Below are positions 38,787 to 53,326 of a DNA stretch of 64,000 nucleotides, in pieces. Below the pieces are notes generated by a model. The model did not search any database, was not told where the DNA came from, and worked only from the letters and a program-made list of their open reading frames with translations. Source of the stretch: Lytechinus pictus (lineage: Eukaryota); assembly GCF_037042905.1 (NCBI RefSeq), contig NC_087245.1:21330001-21394000 (forward strand). Direction: 5' to 3'. The translations under genes and the position numbers were made by a program. Each line of letters starts with the position of its first letter. Position 1 is the first letter of the stretch.

Positions 38787-41700
38787 CTGGTCTTTGTTTT
38801 CTTTTTATATACATGACATCTAGAGTGAATTGACAAGCTGGAAACAAGAAACTTAAATAAACCATTATAAGGACAAAAAGACGAACCTCTAGAGTAAAAA
38901 ACAAGATACGTAAGTCAAATAATAGCAACTATTTCATTTTTACTACAAGCTGAGGATTTTCAGCTCTTGAAAATATCACCTTCACCATTAAAAACTAATT
39001 CATTAATAATTTGTCATTAAGGAAATGAGTAAAATGAAATTCTAACCCCTAGACAGTATATATCTATTTAAGTACCCCTTATTCACCGAAGTAGACCACC
39101 ACTTCAGTCAACGGCATAAAATATTATATGACTTTGTGAAAGCCTCGGTATTTTACCACCACCGAGGATGGAAATGCTTGAAACAAATGGAACATAATGT
39201 TCGTAATCACCCATTAAGAAGCCTTTCAGGCGCAGAGTCTGTTTTCTATAAGCCGGAAGATCAGAACAATGACCTTTTCTGGCATTTGAAAATGCCAGAA
39301 TGGAGTCTCAATTGTGAGTATCATACCCAAATGCATGCCTTTCCCCTCGTTGCCTTGCACGTTAATTGGCTGACTGACATTATGGGATCTTATTGGATGA
39401 GTGAAAGCCTATATATCATCAAGTGGTTGCTGTATAAACCATTAAAGTCAATAAAAATACTAGGTCTTCTTAATTTTTTCATTTAGTATTTTGACCAAGA
39501 AGTTTGACATTCTAAATATAAAATACATTTATTTGGGAAAAGCAGTAGATCGATGTCACTGATGAAACGTGAATTAAATGTATAGGGGGAAGAAGTAGAA
39601 GTTGGCCTCAACCCTGTGTGGGCAGAAATATAAGAATAAAAATCTTATGTGAAGAATTAAGTATATGTTATATTGATGGCATCAGGGTCAAAATTTTCCA
39701 TGACATTTGATCCTGCAACAATTTAACCTATAATAATCCCACATATGATTGCAGCCAAACATAAACCCAAACTTATAACCTTAATCCTAATCCTCACATC
39801 ACTCAGAACCAGAAACCCCATCACAACCCTATAACTCTCATCAATAAGAGAAATTAACAGAGTAGCATTAGCTGCAGTAGCAAATGTCGTGTTACAAGAA
39901 AAACAATGCAAAAATGTTAAATAAACCTGTAACTAATGGCATGTTCTTTGGAAAACATTCCACTTCAGAGATTCATTAACTTTCAAGCATGGCACTGAAG
40001 AGCCTGGAATAATGCTTGAAATCTAAATCTCCTGTATTCAGCACGATCACATTATCCCCCAGCCCTCCTGGCCTCTACTGATTAAACCTAAGTTTAGAAC
40101 TATCCCTCCAAGCATTCAAAATGTTTTATAATGAAATGCTTAAAAAAAAACAGAAATTGAACTGTTATAGGATGGTGTCATGCATGGGACACACAGTTTT
40201 GCAGCAACGTGTTGTTTTTGTCTCCAGACGAAAGTCAGATGCGTAGGAGGAAATATTAGATTTGGTGGAAGTTAAAAATAGCCGAGGCTAAAAACTGAGT
40301 GGGACTTAGGATGAGAGGGGCGGAAGGGGTCACGAGGGATGGTTTCACAAGCAGTAGCCTTCCAATGACAATTTGTTGAATAATGAAGAGCTGTATTTCT
40401 GCAAGGGTAATGATAGCCTCTAGGATCAAATATAGGCTTTGCCTTACAGAGGGAGGACAATCTATCTTCACTTGAATAATGTCCTCCTCTTTCCCCTTCA
40501 TCTCATCCTGCCAAGTACTTGAAAAACGCCTTTTTAACATTAGACCAACCTAAATATATTTCTTCTTGTTAGTGTCTGATGCATCTTTTACTCTTCCTGC
40601 TTCTATTTGCCATTTCCTACTTACTCTCTCTATTTCCATCTCTTGCTCTTTCATTTACCCCTTCTTACCCCCCCCCCCCTCTCCATCTCTGTTTCATTTC
40701 GGGCTTGCCACAATAAAAAGGGGTTGAGTTTGACTGAAATGTAAATGCTTTGGATGGGTGGAAAATTCTTTTTAGCATTTGATATCATTTGAACTGGAAA
40801 ATTGTTTACCTCTCTCACTCTCCCACACATACACCCAATCTAACCTCCACCCACGCACTAAAACACCCCCACAAATCCCACACACACTCTTGTACACATG
40901 CACCTTCTCAGTTTTGATATTGAGTAATAACATTTATCTTCCGTGTTATCGGTAATGATAATTAATATTTAATTACCAATGAAAGGTTAATCTTCATCTG
41001 ACTTTCTGAAGTTCAAGTCGTTATTCGATTGAATACATGTACATAACAACGATGCAATGGCTTGCTTTCAATATTTGGGTACTAGTATGAATTTCAATGT
41101 GAAACATTGTGTACTGACAGTTCTGTGACTCTGTTGCTGCTGGATACATCTGGTACATGTAAGGATACCTAACTTCGAATGAAAAGAAAGAGTGTTTTGT
41201 TCAATTTGGAGGGAAAGGGGCACATATCCCATGTAGCAAATTCATCAAGAAAAATGAAAAAAAAATCGCAAGTTGGAACGGTTGAGGTTCATTCTTCTAA
41301 ATGACTGAGAGATCAGGGTCTCTTTAGGTGTGTAAAATGAGATCTTGGTAGGAATTAAGGGGGGGGGGGCAAAACTGGGGTATGAAGTCCAAAGTCCTTT
41401 GGAAAAGCATCATCACATGGAAAAATTAGTTCATGTACAGAGAGGATTCTTTAGTTCCAGTTTTCTATTTATTTCATATTGTAATCTAATAATATATTTC
41501 AAACAATCTTCTGTGTTAAATGCAATCTAAATTTAAAGAAGTTATTTTGCAACTTAGGGGGAGATACTACTTTGGACATCTCTGGGGCTCAATTGCCCAC
41601 AACACCTGAGTATATATATATTTTTTTTGCTACTGCATTACAAGATGATAAACATCATAATAAGAAATAGGATATCCTTATCATCAAGTACCACAAGCAA

Positions 41701-44253
41701 GAGGCAAGATATGTACGCCTACATGTATGTGTGCTCCAGCACAAGAACAGGGTATCATAATCGTCATTAGAGCTACATGTACAAGCAAGAGACGAGGAAT
41801 GCTGGTACCCCTTATCACTTTATCATGTAAATGGCATCCTAAGCAAAACCGGAAGGCCTCCTATATCATTTTAAAATATTTCAAAATAAATAGACAACAG
41901 AAGAGTTGACCAACCCTATTGGATTTAGGCCTGACCATTACTACATTGTACCTGCATATATGAGTGCATTATCTTGTACATGTATGCATCTTCAGGGATA
42001 TAAGGGGATTAACTGAGCTATAATATATGCTTTTACAACCTTACGACTTTAAAAGATGTTACAGAGTTAACAATCTCCTTGCCCTACGAACAGAACATGT
42101 GCTAGGCATGTGGTCTTCATTGAGATCAATCTGAAAATATAATCACAATTAGCCATGCTATAACCACCAATTATTACATGGTCATATACTGCATTAGAAT
42201 TAGAAACTTATGTGATGATCATTTATTGTGAGAAACACTATTGATTTCTAAGTAATAAGATGAATAATATAAATAAAATCAAGAATATTGAATGAATGAG
42301 TAATTTGGACTTTGGTTGAATTACTTTGTATCATACCCTGGGCACAACTCAATTAAACTGAAGTTGAATGGAATTGAATGGCGATCTTGCAGTAGGTGAA
42401 TAACAGTAGCACATACCAATCGGGATATATACATGTATGTATCAGAATAATGCAAACAAAAAAGATACTTATTTGCCTTGCTAAGACAACAGACAAAAAT
42501 CTCAGAGAATATTTTCTTTTTCTGTAGAAGGAAAGACAATATTACCAACATCAACATCACTGCCATCAGTGGTATGAAAACAGTGTGTTATGTTCACAAA
42601 AGAGAATAGGATGCACAGACACACATTAATTGTGTCTGGGAGGCATTTTCTTTGTATCTTCTTCTAATCAAATTCACAGTCCATAAACACATTTGGTTTT
42701 CAAAAAAAGATGTAATGATTACTAGCTATAAAACAGAGGCTTAACTTGGTTTTTTTTTATATACAAAGAATACTTACAGGGAAGATTTGTCTTCTTGTTT
42801 ATCTCAGTACCATTAAAAAAACAGTTTAAAAAGAGAGCACAACACCCACATGTCAAGGCTGATATGTAATCAAATACGTCAACTAGAAAATTTCACTCCT
42901 TTAAATGTATGTCAGTAGGAATTAAGAGAAGAGAATTAAGAGAATATTCAAAAGGAAACCTTTCATTCCTAATATATTTCTTAGTAAAATATATATCTTT
43001 GTTTACATACTCGTGTTATTGATATACAATTTTTTACATTAAGTATCTGTTTTTCCCTCTTTACTTTTAGAAGCTTGGGGAAAGGATAAAATTACAAAAC
43101 AAGGGAATCGGATAAAGGGTACTACACACATCACAAAAAACACACATTTTCTTGAAAATATCTGTTTCAACTTATAGAATTAAATATCAAATATCAAATT
43201 ATTCTAAACTGTATAAAGATTTTTAAGCTTGATGATAAAGAATGCTTTACCGTGTACCAGAATGTATTCAAAACGTACATTCAAGTCTGCCAATCACTGT
43301 TTTGCTCTGTTTGTAAATCGAGAGGGGGAAATGTAAGTTTTACAGAAAAGAATATTCATTTAAATACTACACAGGATTAACTTAGCGCCATATCGCAGTA
43401 CACCCTACATCCTTTTGAACAAATTGCACTTGTTGGCAAACAAAACAATGGCTAGAAATTAGGATGCATGAGGTGATAAAAGGGCTTGTTTTCCTCATGT
43501 TAGAGTCCCTAGGCTCATCTATTTTGTGACCTATATTCTAAATATATCACCACTCTTCCAAAATAATGGGTTTAAATAATGGTTACCAACGAGGCAGGAG
43601 GTGAATACAGATTAAATCAAATTGCCCAAGGACCGCCTAAAATATCAATAGCAAGAGCAAAGACTAGGCCCTCTTTGGCAGCCCTTCATGCACTCTGGTC
43701 AAAACACTTCCTTTTCTCCCGCAACTTATTTTGAGCTACCTGAGACGGCGAAGACGTCACCTCCGCTTTTAGGGAGAGGCTTCAATTTTGTATGACATCC
43801 TTTTCGTATCTGTGTATCTCTGCTGTTGGGGGAAAACAGATGTCAGTTAATGCTGGCTTGATTTCCAGTTAATGAAACTTGTGAACTGATATATTTTGTT
43901 GATATCGTATCACCTTATCAACACAGTAGTGAAGGGTGGCCTACATCAACAAAAAAGCTCCCCAACCTTAATTAGAGTTCCCTTAAAAAAATGACAGTAT
44001 TACCTGCACTACCTAAGTAATAAAAAGTAGCAAATATTCTTATTTTTACAGTCAATATTCCATGATGTACTTGATAGATCAATTGATCTCATTTTGTAAC
44101 TAGTTAATAAATATGTTTCAAGAGTGCAAAGGAACAAAATAAAATGCTCAAGTCAAATACTATAATTTGGCAATCGTGCTAAACATCAAATCAGTCGTAT
44201 AACATGTAAATCATCTTCATTGTGATAGATATAAGTTTTATTACCACAATATG

Positions 44254-44413
44254 CAGTGGCGGATACAGGATTTTGAAAATGAGGAACAAATAGCAAATTT
44301 GTAAATACAGGGGGCGCAGATGACAATTTACCTATATTTGGCTGTTTAAGAGGCAAATCTCAAAATACTGAGGGGGCGTATGCCCCTTTTGCCTCTGCCT
44401 GGATTCGCCATTG
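44254..44413. mobile_element. hAT-like MITE (degenerate)
   Basis: TIRs CAGTGGCGGATACAGG / CCTGGATTCGCCATTG; no clear 8-bp TSD. Confidence 0.5.
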
Positions 44414-47400
44414 ATTTAAAATCAATTTTCAAGTAGCACTGTGTTTGCTCCCAGCCACATAGACGGTACATTGGTGTAAAACCATTACAGGTTAACACTA
44501 TCATGGCTCCTTCAAATTCACATTTATTATATTCACAAGCTATCGGTCGTACAGCTGCAAGAGGAAGAATATAAAGGGTTTAAAGGGTTATTTATATCAT
44601 AGGAAATCTGAATATCAAGTGTTATTTTTCTCCTATCAATGAACTTTAAGATCATAATGGGCCAAGCTTGACTGTCACGTTTTTATCTGGCTCGTTCATT
44701 TCATATATGATAGTCAATTCAAAATTAACATTTTACTTTTGCTTGTTGTAAACTCATTTTTTCCATTAATTAAATGTAAACTTAATTTTTCTCCATAGAT
44801 ATAGACTGCCACACCAAAAATGAAACCTAGTGACTGCTAGTTACTTTGTTTCCTTTGTTCTATGCTTCATTATCTTTCTCTAATCTCCTAATTTGCTTTG
44901 CTTTGTTTTGTAGATATTGTTTTTAATTTTTCCAGATAATATGCAAGTGTATTTCTGGCTACTGCCATGTATAAAAATACATTTACTAAGTCATAAAAAA
45001 TAAGTAAACTCATCTGTATAGACATTAAAAAACTTAAATCGAATACTGACATTAATGTGAATAGAACTGAATAGAGTAATTCATTCAACCTCGTATGTTC
45101 CTAGAATTTAAAGTTATCAAGGGTAGATGTGAACTTAGTCATGAAAATTTCTGTCATTAATAAAAAAATATATACCACTATGATACTAAAAATACAAGGG
45201 AAATACGTGGAACAAAGCCTTATCAATCTCTTGCGAGGGCTCAATCAACTATCAAAATACAAAAAGCCAGTTGAATAACAGTTTTGTGTAAAAATAATGA
45301 GGAAGAAAATCACTTTTACAAAAGGGTATTACTAATTCTAACCGCTCATGCCAGTTGCAATTAAATAGATGAATAATATCAAATTCATCTTAATTTGTAA
45401 TTGCTAATATGACATATATTACTGTACTGTTCCATTTTAGTTACAATGTATCTTTTTTTAAAGGCCCCTTCGTTGTTCATTTTGATTGGGTTAATCATGT
45501 AAGGAACATCATGTAAAGAAACCTTGCAATTGTGTACATTTTTACCAAAGCTATGCCTACATACATGTATGAGTTTTTAAACTCTGTAAATGAATGATGA
45601 AAAAATATATTGGCACTCTGCAAATTGAATGATTTACTTTAACTAAAAGAAACTTGTGTACCTCTCCATTGGTACATGTATATCAATAGTAGATGTAGAC
45701 TTGTTGATAAAAATAGAATCAAAATATTGCTATCATATAATTACTGGTCATTATGAAATGCTTCATATATTTATGGCTTCATGAGAAAATTATAAATCTG
45801 CAGATTTTGTGATAATGAAGACAGATTATTCTTCTTTATACATTTATTATGAATTAGAAGTACATGTAAATGAATGTATGAATTACACTGGCTGTTCACC
45901 TAAAACAACATTTAGATTATAAGTTGCCTTCTAATTAAAAGGCAGTCAATACACGCAGGGACCAATTGATAAATCTGTAAAATAAATCAAAGAAATAAAA
46001 TGGGGTAAATATGTAAATATTTTGAAAATCTAAGATTTAATAAATAAAGTCTTGTCTACCAGGGACATTAACTTCGAATCAAACACTTTCTCGACCATCT
46101 GTACCATCAAGAGTTTCAATCCACAATAAATATAGTCATTAATATACTGTTTTGCAGTAATAAAAGGGAGCCTGGAGATTAGATGACGCACATTGCAAGA
46201 GGGAAATCGAGAGACAGAGTGACAAATTCAAGAATCAAGAGACATAGAGCGAGAGAGAAAAGGGGAGAGGAGGCCAAGCTGAGAGAAAGAACCCAGCGAA
46301 TAGAGCAGCTAAATATAGCATGCAAATAGAGTCAAAGAAAATGGCGGACAGTGTGAGGTACAAGTACACAGTGTTTTTCTATACGCATAGTCAGACCACT
46401 ATATTGAGTGTGTGCACGAGTGTGTATGGTAGTGAGTGGAAGTATATAAAAGCTGGATTGTTCCCCGGCTGCAGAGGGGGAGAGTGTGGCTATGAAAAAA
46501 GTGTGTTCGACACAGGGGGAGTCTACAGATGAGCCGTCTACCACCGTGGTGAGGCAGTGAATAAATTGGCAGCCAGGCAACGATTTCACACAAATAATCA
46601 GAACTTGCACGTTGGCTGGGCTGTGCTTGCTCCCTGTAAACCTCGGCATGGAATTTGGTAACGGTGCTGTAATAACCCAAACGAATGTTGCCTGCGCCCC
46701 TCGTCTAGCGCATTACAGGGATCATTCATAATGACAGAACACGTCATGTCCGCTCTCTCATAAACAGCGACCATGAATTCATGATGAATTCAGAAGCCAG
46801 GGAGAAAGAGAGAAAGACATAGTAGGTGAAATGAGAAAGATTACGTGCGACATGCATGGCCCAAGGTCTCATGAACAAAATGCTTCTATATACAGCAGAA
46901 AATCAATGCACTGTATGGTTTATACAAGTTGATCTTACTAGGTCAAGTACAAAAAAGGTTATCATGTTTGACATGACTTCGTGCTTTAAAAATGATACAA
47001 TCATTTGAATAGATCACTTCAGAACTGAAAGGCTATGATAAACAGTGTAAGAAAAGATTGTGATTGATTGTAAATAGCGATGGCATCAATTTATGCTACA
47101 AGGCCTAGATGTTAAAATAACTGAAAGATTTTATTATACAAGCCATGCAAATGAAAGAATAACTTCGGTCATTTCATTTAATATCATCTTATCATGACAT
47201 GGCAAGGCAAATCAGAGTTACAGAACCTACACCCTGCCTGCATGGAGGCACTTGTATGGATACCCTCATTAATTCAATGCTGGATATTATAACAATCATG
47301 TGACCATCCTAAACTGGTCACATGTCAACTAAATCACCCATCATAACACATAATATTGCGTAATTTCCTGCTTAGGTAATGTCCTGCTTGGAGATGGCAT

Positions 47401-48343
47401 GGCACAGACAGGTCAATTGCAATGTATGCTGGGTTATATACTTTTTAAATAAAATACCAGTACATGCAGATAGATTTACACTCAGATATATGTTCCATTG
47501 GAGATTCATCTTCACATCCCATTTTCTATAGAAATACATACAAAATAATATTTTCATTTATCATATCATGTGAACAAACCCTAATGGATTTGCTTTTATA
47601 TAGGTCTACACAAATCAATACAAACTATGCGTGTTGATTTAATGAAGCAGTACATGGTGCACGTCCAATGCATAGAAGAGTCATAATTCCCCTTGAGCAG
47701 TGGAGCTGCCAAATTTCCACAACATGCAATTTTAAGAAAGCTTTACATTAAAATATATCAATTAAACTTCACTTTTAATTGTCAGAAGAGCAACACACCA
47801 GATCAATTAACGCACGCTGCGCCGTGAGACATAAATGAATCTCCATCAATGTCTAAGCAATTAATGGCATGGGAAATAAAATGCCCATCTCGCTCACTTG
47901 AATGACACATGCAGAATTTTTAATATTCTATTGCGGAACTGAGAGTCCATTGTGGAAAGGAAAGTAAAATGACATGACAATGAACTGTCTGGTATGTTTG
48001 ATCAAAGCGTGACAGTAATGAATTGACAAATTGATTTTTAAAGAAATATTCCACTGCTGGGTGTTTGCATAGCCTAAAAGGTTTCGTGCAAATTGGTTCA
48101 GATGAACATGATTTCTCCATTCATCCCCCAGTTCCCTGTCTCTGCCAGAAGTCGGAAGCTAGTACTACCAGTTAAACTGGTAAAATCATAGCGACAGTCA
48201 CACCAATGAATCAAGACTCCAAACCAACTGAAGGTAGGTCATTTGAAATAACATAATAGCATTGGTTGGAGTGGAGTCTGGTTTGTCAGTATGACTGCGT
48301 CATAAGCGTTGTGGATAAAGGAGTCGGCACAGGGTATTTTCTA

Positions 48344-50104
48344 CAGTGCGTCCCAAAAAAAACTATACACTTTTGAAATGGCTGCCAAATAAAAAGTATA
48401 TCACTTTGGGGGGAAAGACTTACATACATGGAAGCCTATAAAGTCAACTTTAAAATGACACCAAAAAGTTGGAAAACTTTTCATGCTTGAGCGAGCACTG
48501 CACACTAAAACAAAGGGTATGGAAATTAGGGTGGGCAGGAATTAGCCTTCCAATTTCTTTCAGTTTTTGAGATGCGAGTACCTTGGAACTTGCAAAGTTG
48601 AGGATGTTTTGATAAATCAATGATCAAGCATTATCAATTTAGGTTTTTAGAGCAAATTTTAAGAATTATTAAATTGAAATTTAATGTATGAGTGAACATG
48701 AAATACAATTTTTCACTTTTTAAGTGGATCTCAGCAATGTGTTCATGGAAGTCAGAATATGGATAGGACTTAGGTGGGGGAAGTAGGTTGACGGGATATG
48801 GGTCAACAGAACACTTAACCCCCCCCCCTCTCTCTCTCTCTCTACCCCTTTCACCCCTCCTGAGAGACTAGCCTTTGCTAGGGTGAGCAGGAATTAGCCT
48901 TAATTCCATTTTTTTTTTGAGGTGAGTCCTTTGGAACTTGCAAAGTTAAGGGTGTTATGCTAGATTACTGATAAATGGAGATCCGTTTTGGTTTCTTAAG
49001 CAAATTTCACGAGTTACTAAATTGAAATGTAATGCATGAGTAAACAGGAATTGTAATTTTAGTGTAGCATTTTTCGTTTATTATGTGGATCTTAGCAAGT
49101 GTGCTTGTGAGAGTCAGAGTAATGTGATGATACCTGTTACATGCAAGGGGATGAGATAGGGTAAGACTGGGTTAAAGGGGCATTCTTCTTTGTGTTCTCT
49201 TACAAATTACATGTCATGTACTCACCCCGCCCTCCACCCCTTTCTTTCTCTTGGTTGGTATTTAAAACTTAAAATGCCAAGTGACTGATGGTTGATGGGT
49301 CTTTCTTTTCCATTGAATGATTTATTAAGAACTTGACTAATTATGATAATTTATGAAATCATTTATTGAAAAAGCTGAATGTTTGATTGATAATGTATTG
49401 ATAAAGGTGAATATTTGATTGATGACATTGATTGAGTTTATTTACTAACAGATTGTTGATTGAATGATTGATAGATAAAAGTTGATGATCTAATTTTCAG
49501 AATTTATTATCAAATTGACAGTCCGCTTTGCACTTAATGCGTACATGTAATAGCAATCAGTCTCAATCTCAACAGGAGGGGGGAGGGACGGACCTGTAGG
49601 AGGGAGGCTAAACGTTCTGTTGACCCTTTTCCCATCAGCTTACTTCACACACTGAAGTCATTTCTTACCCCTATTCTCCTGACTCCTATGAACACACTGC
49701 TGAGACCCACATTGTAAGTTAAAATGCTTCACTAAAGATTGCAATTCATGCTCACTCATGCATGGAATTTCAATTTGATAATTCATGAAATTTGCTCTAA
49801 CAATTTAAATTGATAATGAATGACCATCAATTCATCAGAACACCCTCAAGTTTGCAAGTTCCAAGGGACTCGCCTCTCAAAAACTGAAAGAAACCGAAAG
49901 GCTAATTCCTGCCCACCCTAATTTTCATACCCTTTGTTTAAGCGGGTAGTGCTCACTCAAGCATGAATAGTTTTCCAACATTTTGGTGTAATTTGAAAGA
50001 TGACTTTATCGGCTTTCCATATGTATAAGTCTTTCCCCCCAAAGTGATATACTTTTTATTTGGCAGCCATTTCAAAAGTGTATAGTTTTTTTTGGGACGC
50101 ACTG
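48344..50104. mobile_element. Non-autonomous Tc1/mariner-type element with very long TIRs
   Basis: TA on both flanks (48342-43, 50105-06); termini CAGTGCGTCCCAAAAAAAACTATACACTTTTGAAATGGCTGCC and its reverse complement. Inverted similarity extends ~480 bp. No transposase ORF. Confidence 0.9.
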
Positions 50105-53100
50105 TATGGCAATCTATTATCATGTACAACATGTTCTACAGTATCAGTGAAAGAGATAAAGTGAACACAGCAAATAATGTTTTTTTTGCAGTCATTGCTT
50201 TAATGTATTTATGTTTTCTTTTTAAATATAATGTATTAGATATTTCATATTATTATTCTTTCTTCACAATAACAAAATATACAATCCTAAATCTATATGA
50301 TTGATTGATAGCTTCAAAGAAGATGATGCCTTTGGGTATTCAAATTAAATGAAGAGCACTTGCTAACTTACTTAAAACATTAATATTTCAAAATAAGTAA
50401 AAACAAAGCTTTACTCTAATCATTGAGAGTTTGTTTAATGAGATTTGTCAATCCAACTATAGTTTTCAGTAGTGTAATCTCTCATGGGATTATATGCAGT
50501 GAATGAACTTCTAAATTGCTACCAAACTCTGCAACTTTTTATTTTATTTCACCACACAATGACAAATCACAATATGCAGTGTTATAACACTGACAAACCA
50601 CTTCTACATGCTCTCTACATGTGCAAACTGGCTTTTTTTAATGTCAAGGATCCTGCTTTCACAGTTAGATGCCGCAAATCAGCACAATATACTGCCAACT
50701 ATGTTGATTCATCCATTGTCATGGTAACTACATCTTTCATTTTGTATGAGTTTCTACACACCCTCTGTCTTTCAAAATTTGATGACAAGTGTATGATCTA
50801 TTCTCTATAGGTCACAAAAGGTTTTTAAGAGGCAGTCATTATGAATGAATCTTTCCTTACAGTGTATTCAGTGAACACAAAAGATTTTCCTGTTTAGTGA
50901 TGAAAAATTAGAAATTGAATTATTTTCCATTGTTATCATGCTTAAATATATAAGACAGTGTCATTGGTTTTTACATGGCAAAACCAGTGCTTCGTTAAAA
51001 CTGTATATAGTCAAAGATTCCAAGCTCCAGTCAACATTTCCTCTAAGATAACAAGATGTTAGGATAGCAATTCTCATCAGTTTCATGAAAGAAATTCAGG
51101 TGAACATTGATACATTTGGTCAACCTGTTGAAATAGATTTCTTAGTGATACTGAGTGACAAATGAATTGGTTATATTTGGTTTGGTGATATCTCTAAACT
51201 ACTTCATACAATCATACAAGAGTAAAAAAAAAAACATACAACAATATGTATAAAGGATGTGTGTGTATGTGCATGTGTACAAAACAAAACCTTTTACCAT
51301 TTGAATTAAAAGGAATATGTTTATTTTTCACACCTGAATGAAATAGTTTGGTATGTTAGAGCACACAGAACACTGAACCCACATTTTCTCCAGTAAGGTC
51401 AAAGTCCTATTGGTTATTACGTCTGGTCATTGGCTACATATATTTCAGTAGCCACAGTAAGGAAGGTTTACACCTGCAAACCACTGATAGCTGAATAGAA
51501 AGAACTTTATTCATATCATTTCTTCATCTGCATGATGGTGTTGGAGGTGCCAATCTTATATCATGACTCATGCGCTTCGTGATGCTTTCCAAATAACTTG
51601 GGTCACCGGCGTCCAACTTAATTATATGCAATCAAGGACACATCGGCAAGAAATTTTTTCTTCGTTCTGCTAACCGTCTTATCATTACAATAAGAGTAAG
51701 AATATTATGAGGTTAATCCAATGTGGGGTATAAGCTAAACTGATTTTCTTAAGCTTATATCACAAGCATAAACTGCAAATCATAGCATAAACTGCAAATC
51801 ATACCGTAAACACAGAAGAGAGTCACTGCTGGCCAGGGTGAAAGCATTTTTAAAAGCTTATTCTTCCCATTTTCAAGCGAACCCCCTGTGCAGTTTCCAA
51901 AATAAAATACGTTAATATGAATTTTATGCAATGCATATCTAAACCAGTAAAGGACCCATTGTAGAACTATGATTAAGTTCTTGGCCGTGTTAAATTGATT
52001 TTAACATTAATATTTGCCTTTTTCAAAGACAATCAATTTACAACCAATGTAAAGTTGCTTAAATGCAACCACGGTTCAAACCTAAAGTCTTGAAAATAAA
52101 CACATTTCTTTGCTACAAATTAGTGTTCATTGAATGTATCAGACAAGTTGTCCTGGGAAGTGCAAGCCAGTGAATGGGATTAAAATGTTTTAAATGGAGT
52201 GCTTTAAAGATTATGAAGCACACTAAGTGATAATCCTTATATATAATAATTTGGCCAGTTTATTATCGCATTCCTTCATTCCCAAAACTTTGTACAGGAA
52301 CCTTCTGGTTGCAGTAGCCAATTGGTTAAATGTATTGTATGGTCAGTACCCTACTTCAATTCAAGATTCAAAGCCTTGTGTGAAATCAGATAAGCTTATA
52401 CAGAATGAATATGGCCATATGAAAACACAAGCCATCTCCCCTAAAAATAGATTAAAAACAGGTGCAGAAATGGTTTCCTATTTGACACATTTTAGCTTTT
52501 GTTGTTCTAGTAACAGGATTAGGAGACAGATGTGTTGTTATTGAACATATTATTCCCCTATATAATGTACACGGTCATTGTAGGTTAATGGTTTAGATTA
52601 GGAACCGGATCACTTGATTCTTCATGTTTTGTTTAGAAAATGAATTTTAATAAGTAGAACAGTCATTCAAACACATCCCAATTTAACCTGGATGTTAAGA
52701 TTTCCTATGAAATATGAATTACTTTTTTTCATCCAAATCCAATAGTCCTAAAACTAATCCTACAACTCATAAAGGACCTATCTCTCCTTTATTATCCATG
52801 TCAAATGATTTTGCAATTTCATCATTTGAATTTATAGAGATGGATCATAATATTCATGCCCATGAGTTTTTGACTTCAGTGTTTTCATATCAATGACGCC
52901 AATACTTCAAATCTACAAACTAAATACATTTGATAATGGCGTGATGGAACCTGTATCATCTTATCCATAAGTGTTTTAACTTGTATTCATAAATGCTCAT
53001 CATATTCATACCTCTCATGGGCAATCATGTGGGATTACAGTTCTTGTAAATTCATAATTGGTGTTTTCTTTCTAAAGAAACTAGCATTCTTTTCTTTTTC

Positions 53101-53250
53101 AAATTCATTTTGTACATGGACTTTTCACTGTTAGGCACAATGAGACAATTACTAATATCTTTTCCAAGCTTCCCTTCAATATTAGCCATATTCTGATTAC
53201 TTAAGAATTAACATGTTACCTATACATCTATTGCATCTATTCAACAATGA

Positions 53251-53326
53251 AGTCTTAGTTCTACAGATTTTCATATCAAAACCTTATAAAGTCTTACAGT
53301 TCTACAAGATTTTCATATCAAAACCT
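53251..53326. repeat. ~40-bp tandem duplication
   Basis: agtctta(ca)gttctaca(a)gattttcatatcaaaacct occurs twice. Confidence 0.8.

Noticed and set aside
48195..48297. Imperfect inverted repeat next to the Tc1-like element
   Set aside because: Probably a decayed small MITE; too degenerate to classify or call a structured RNA.
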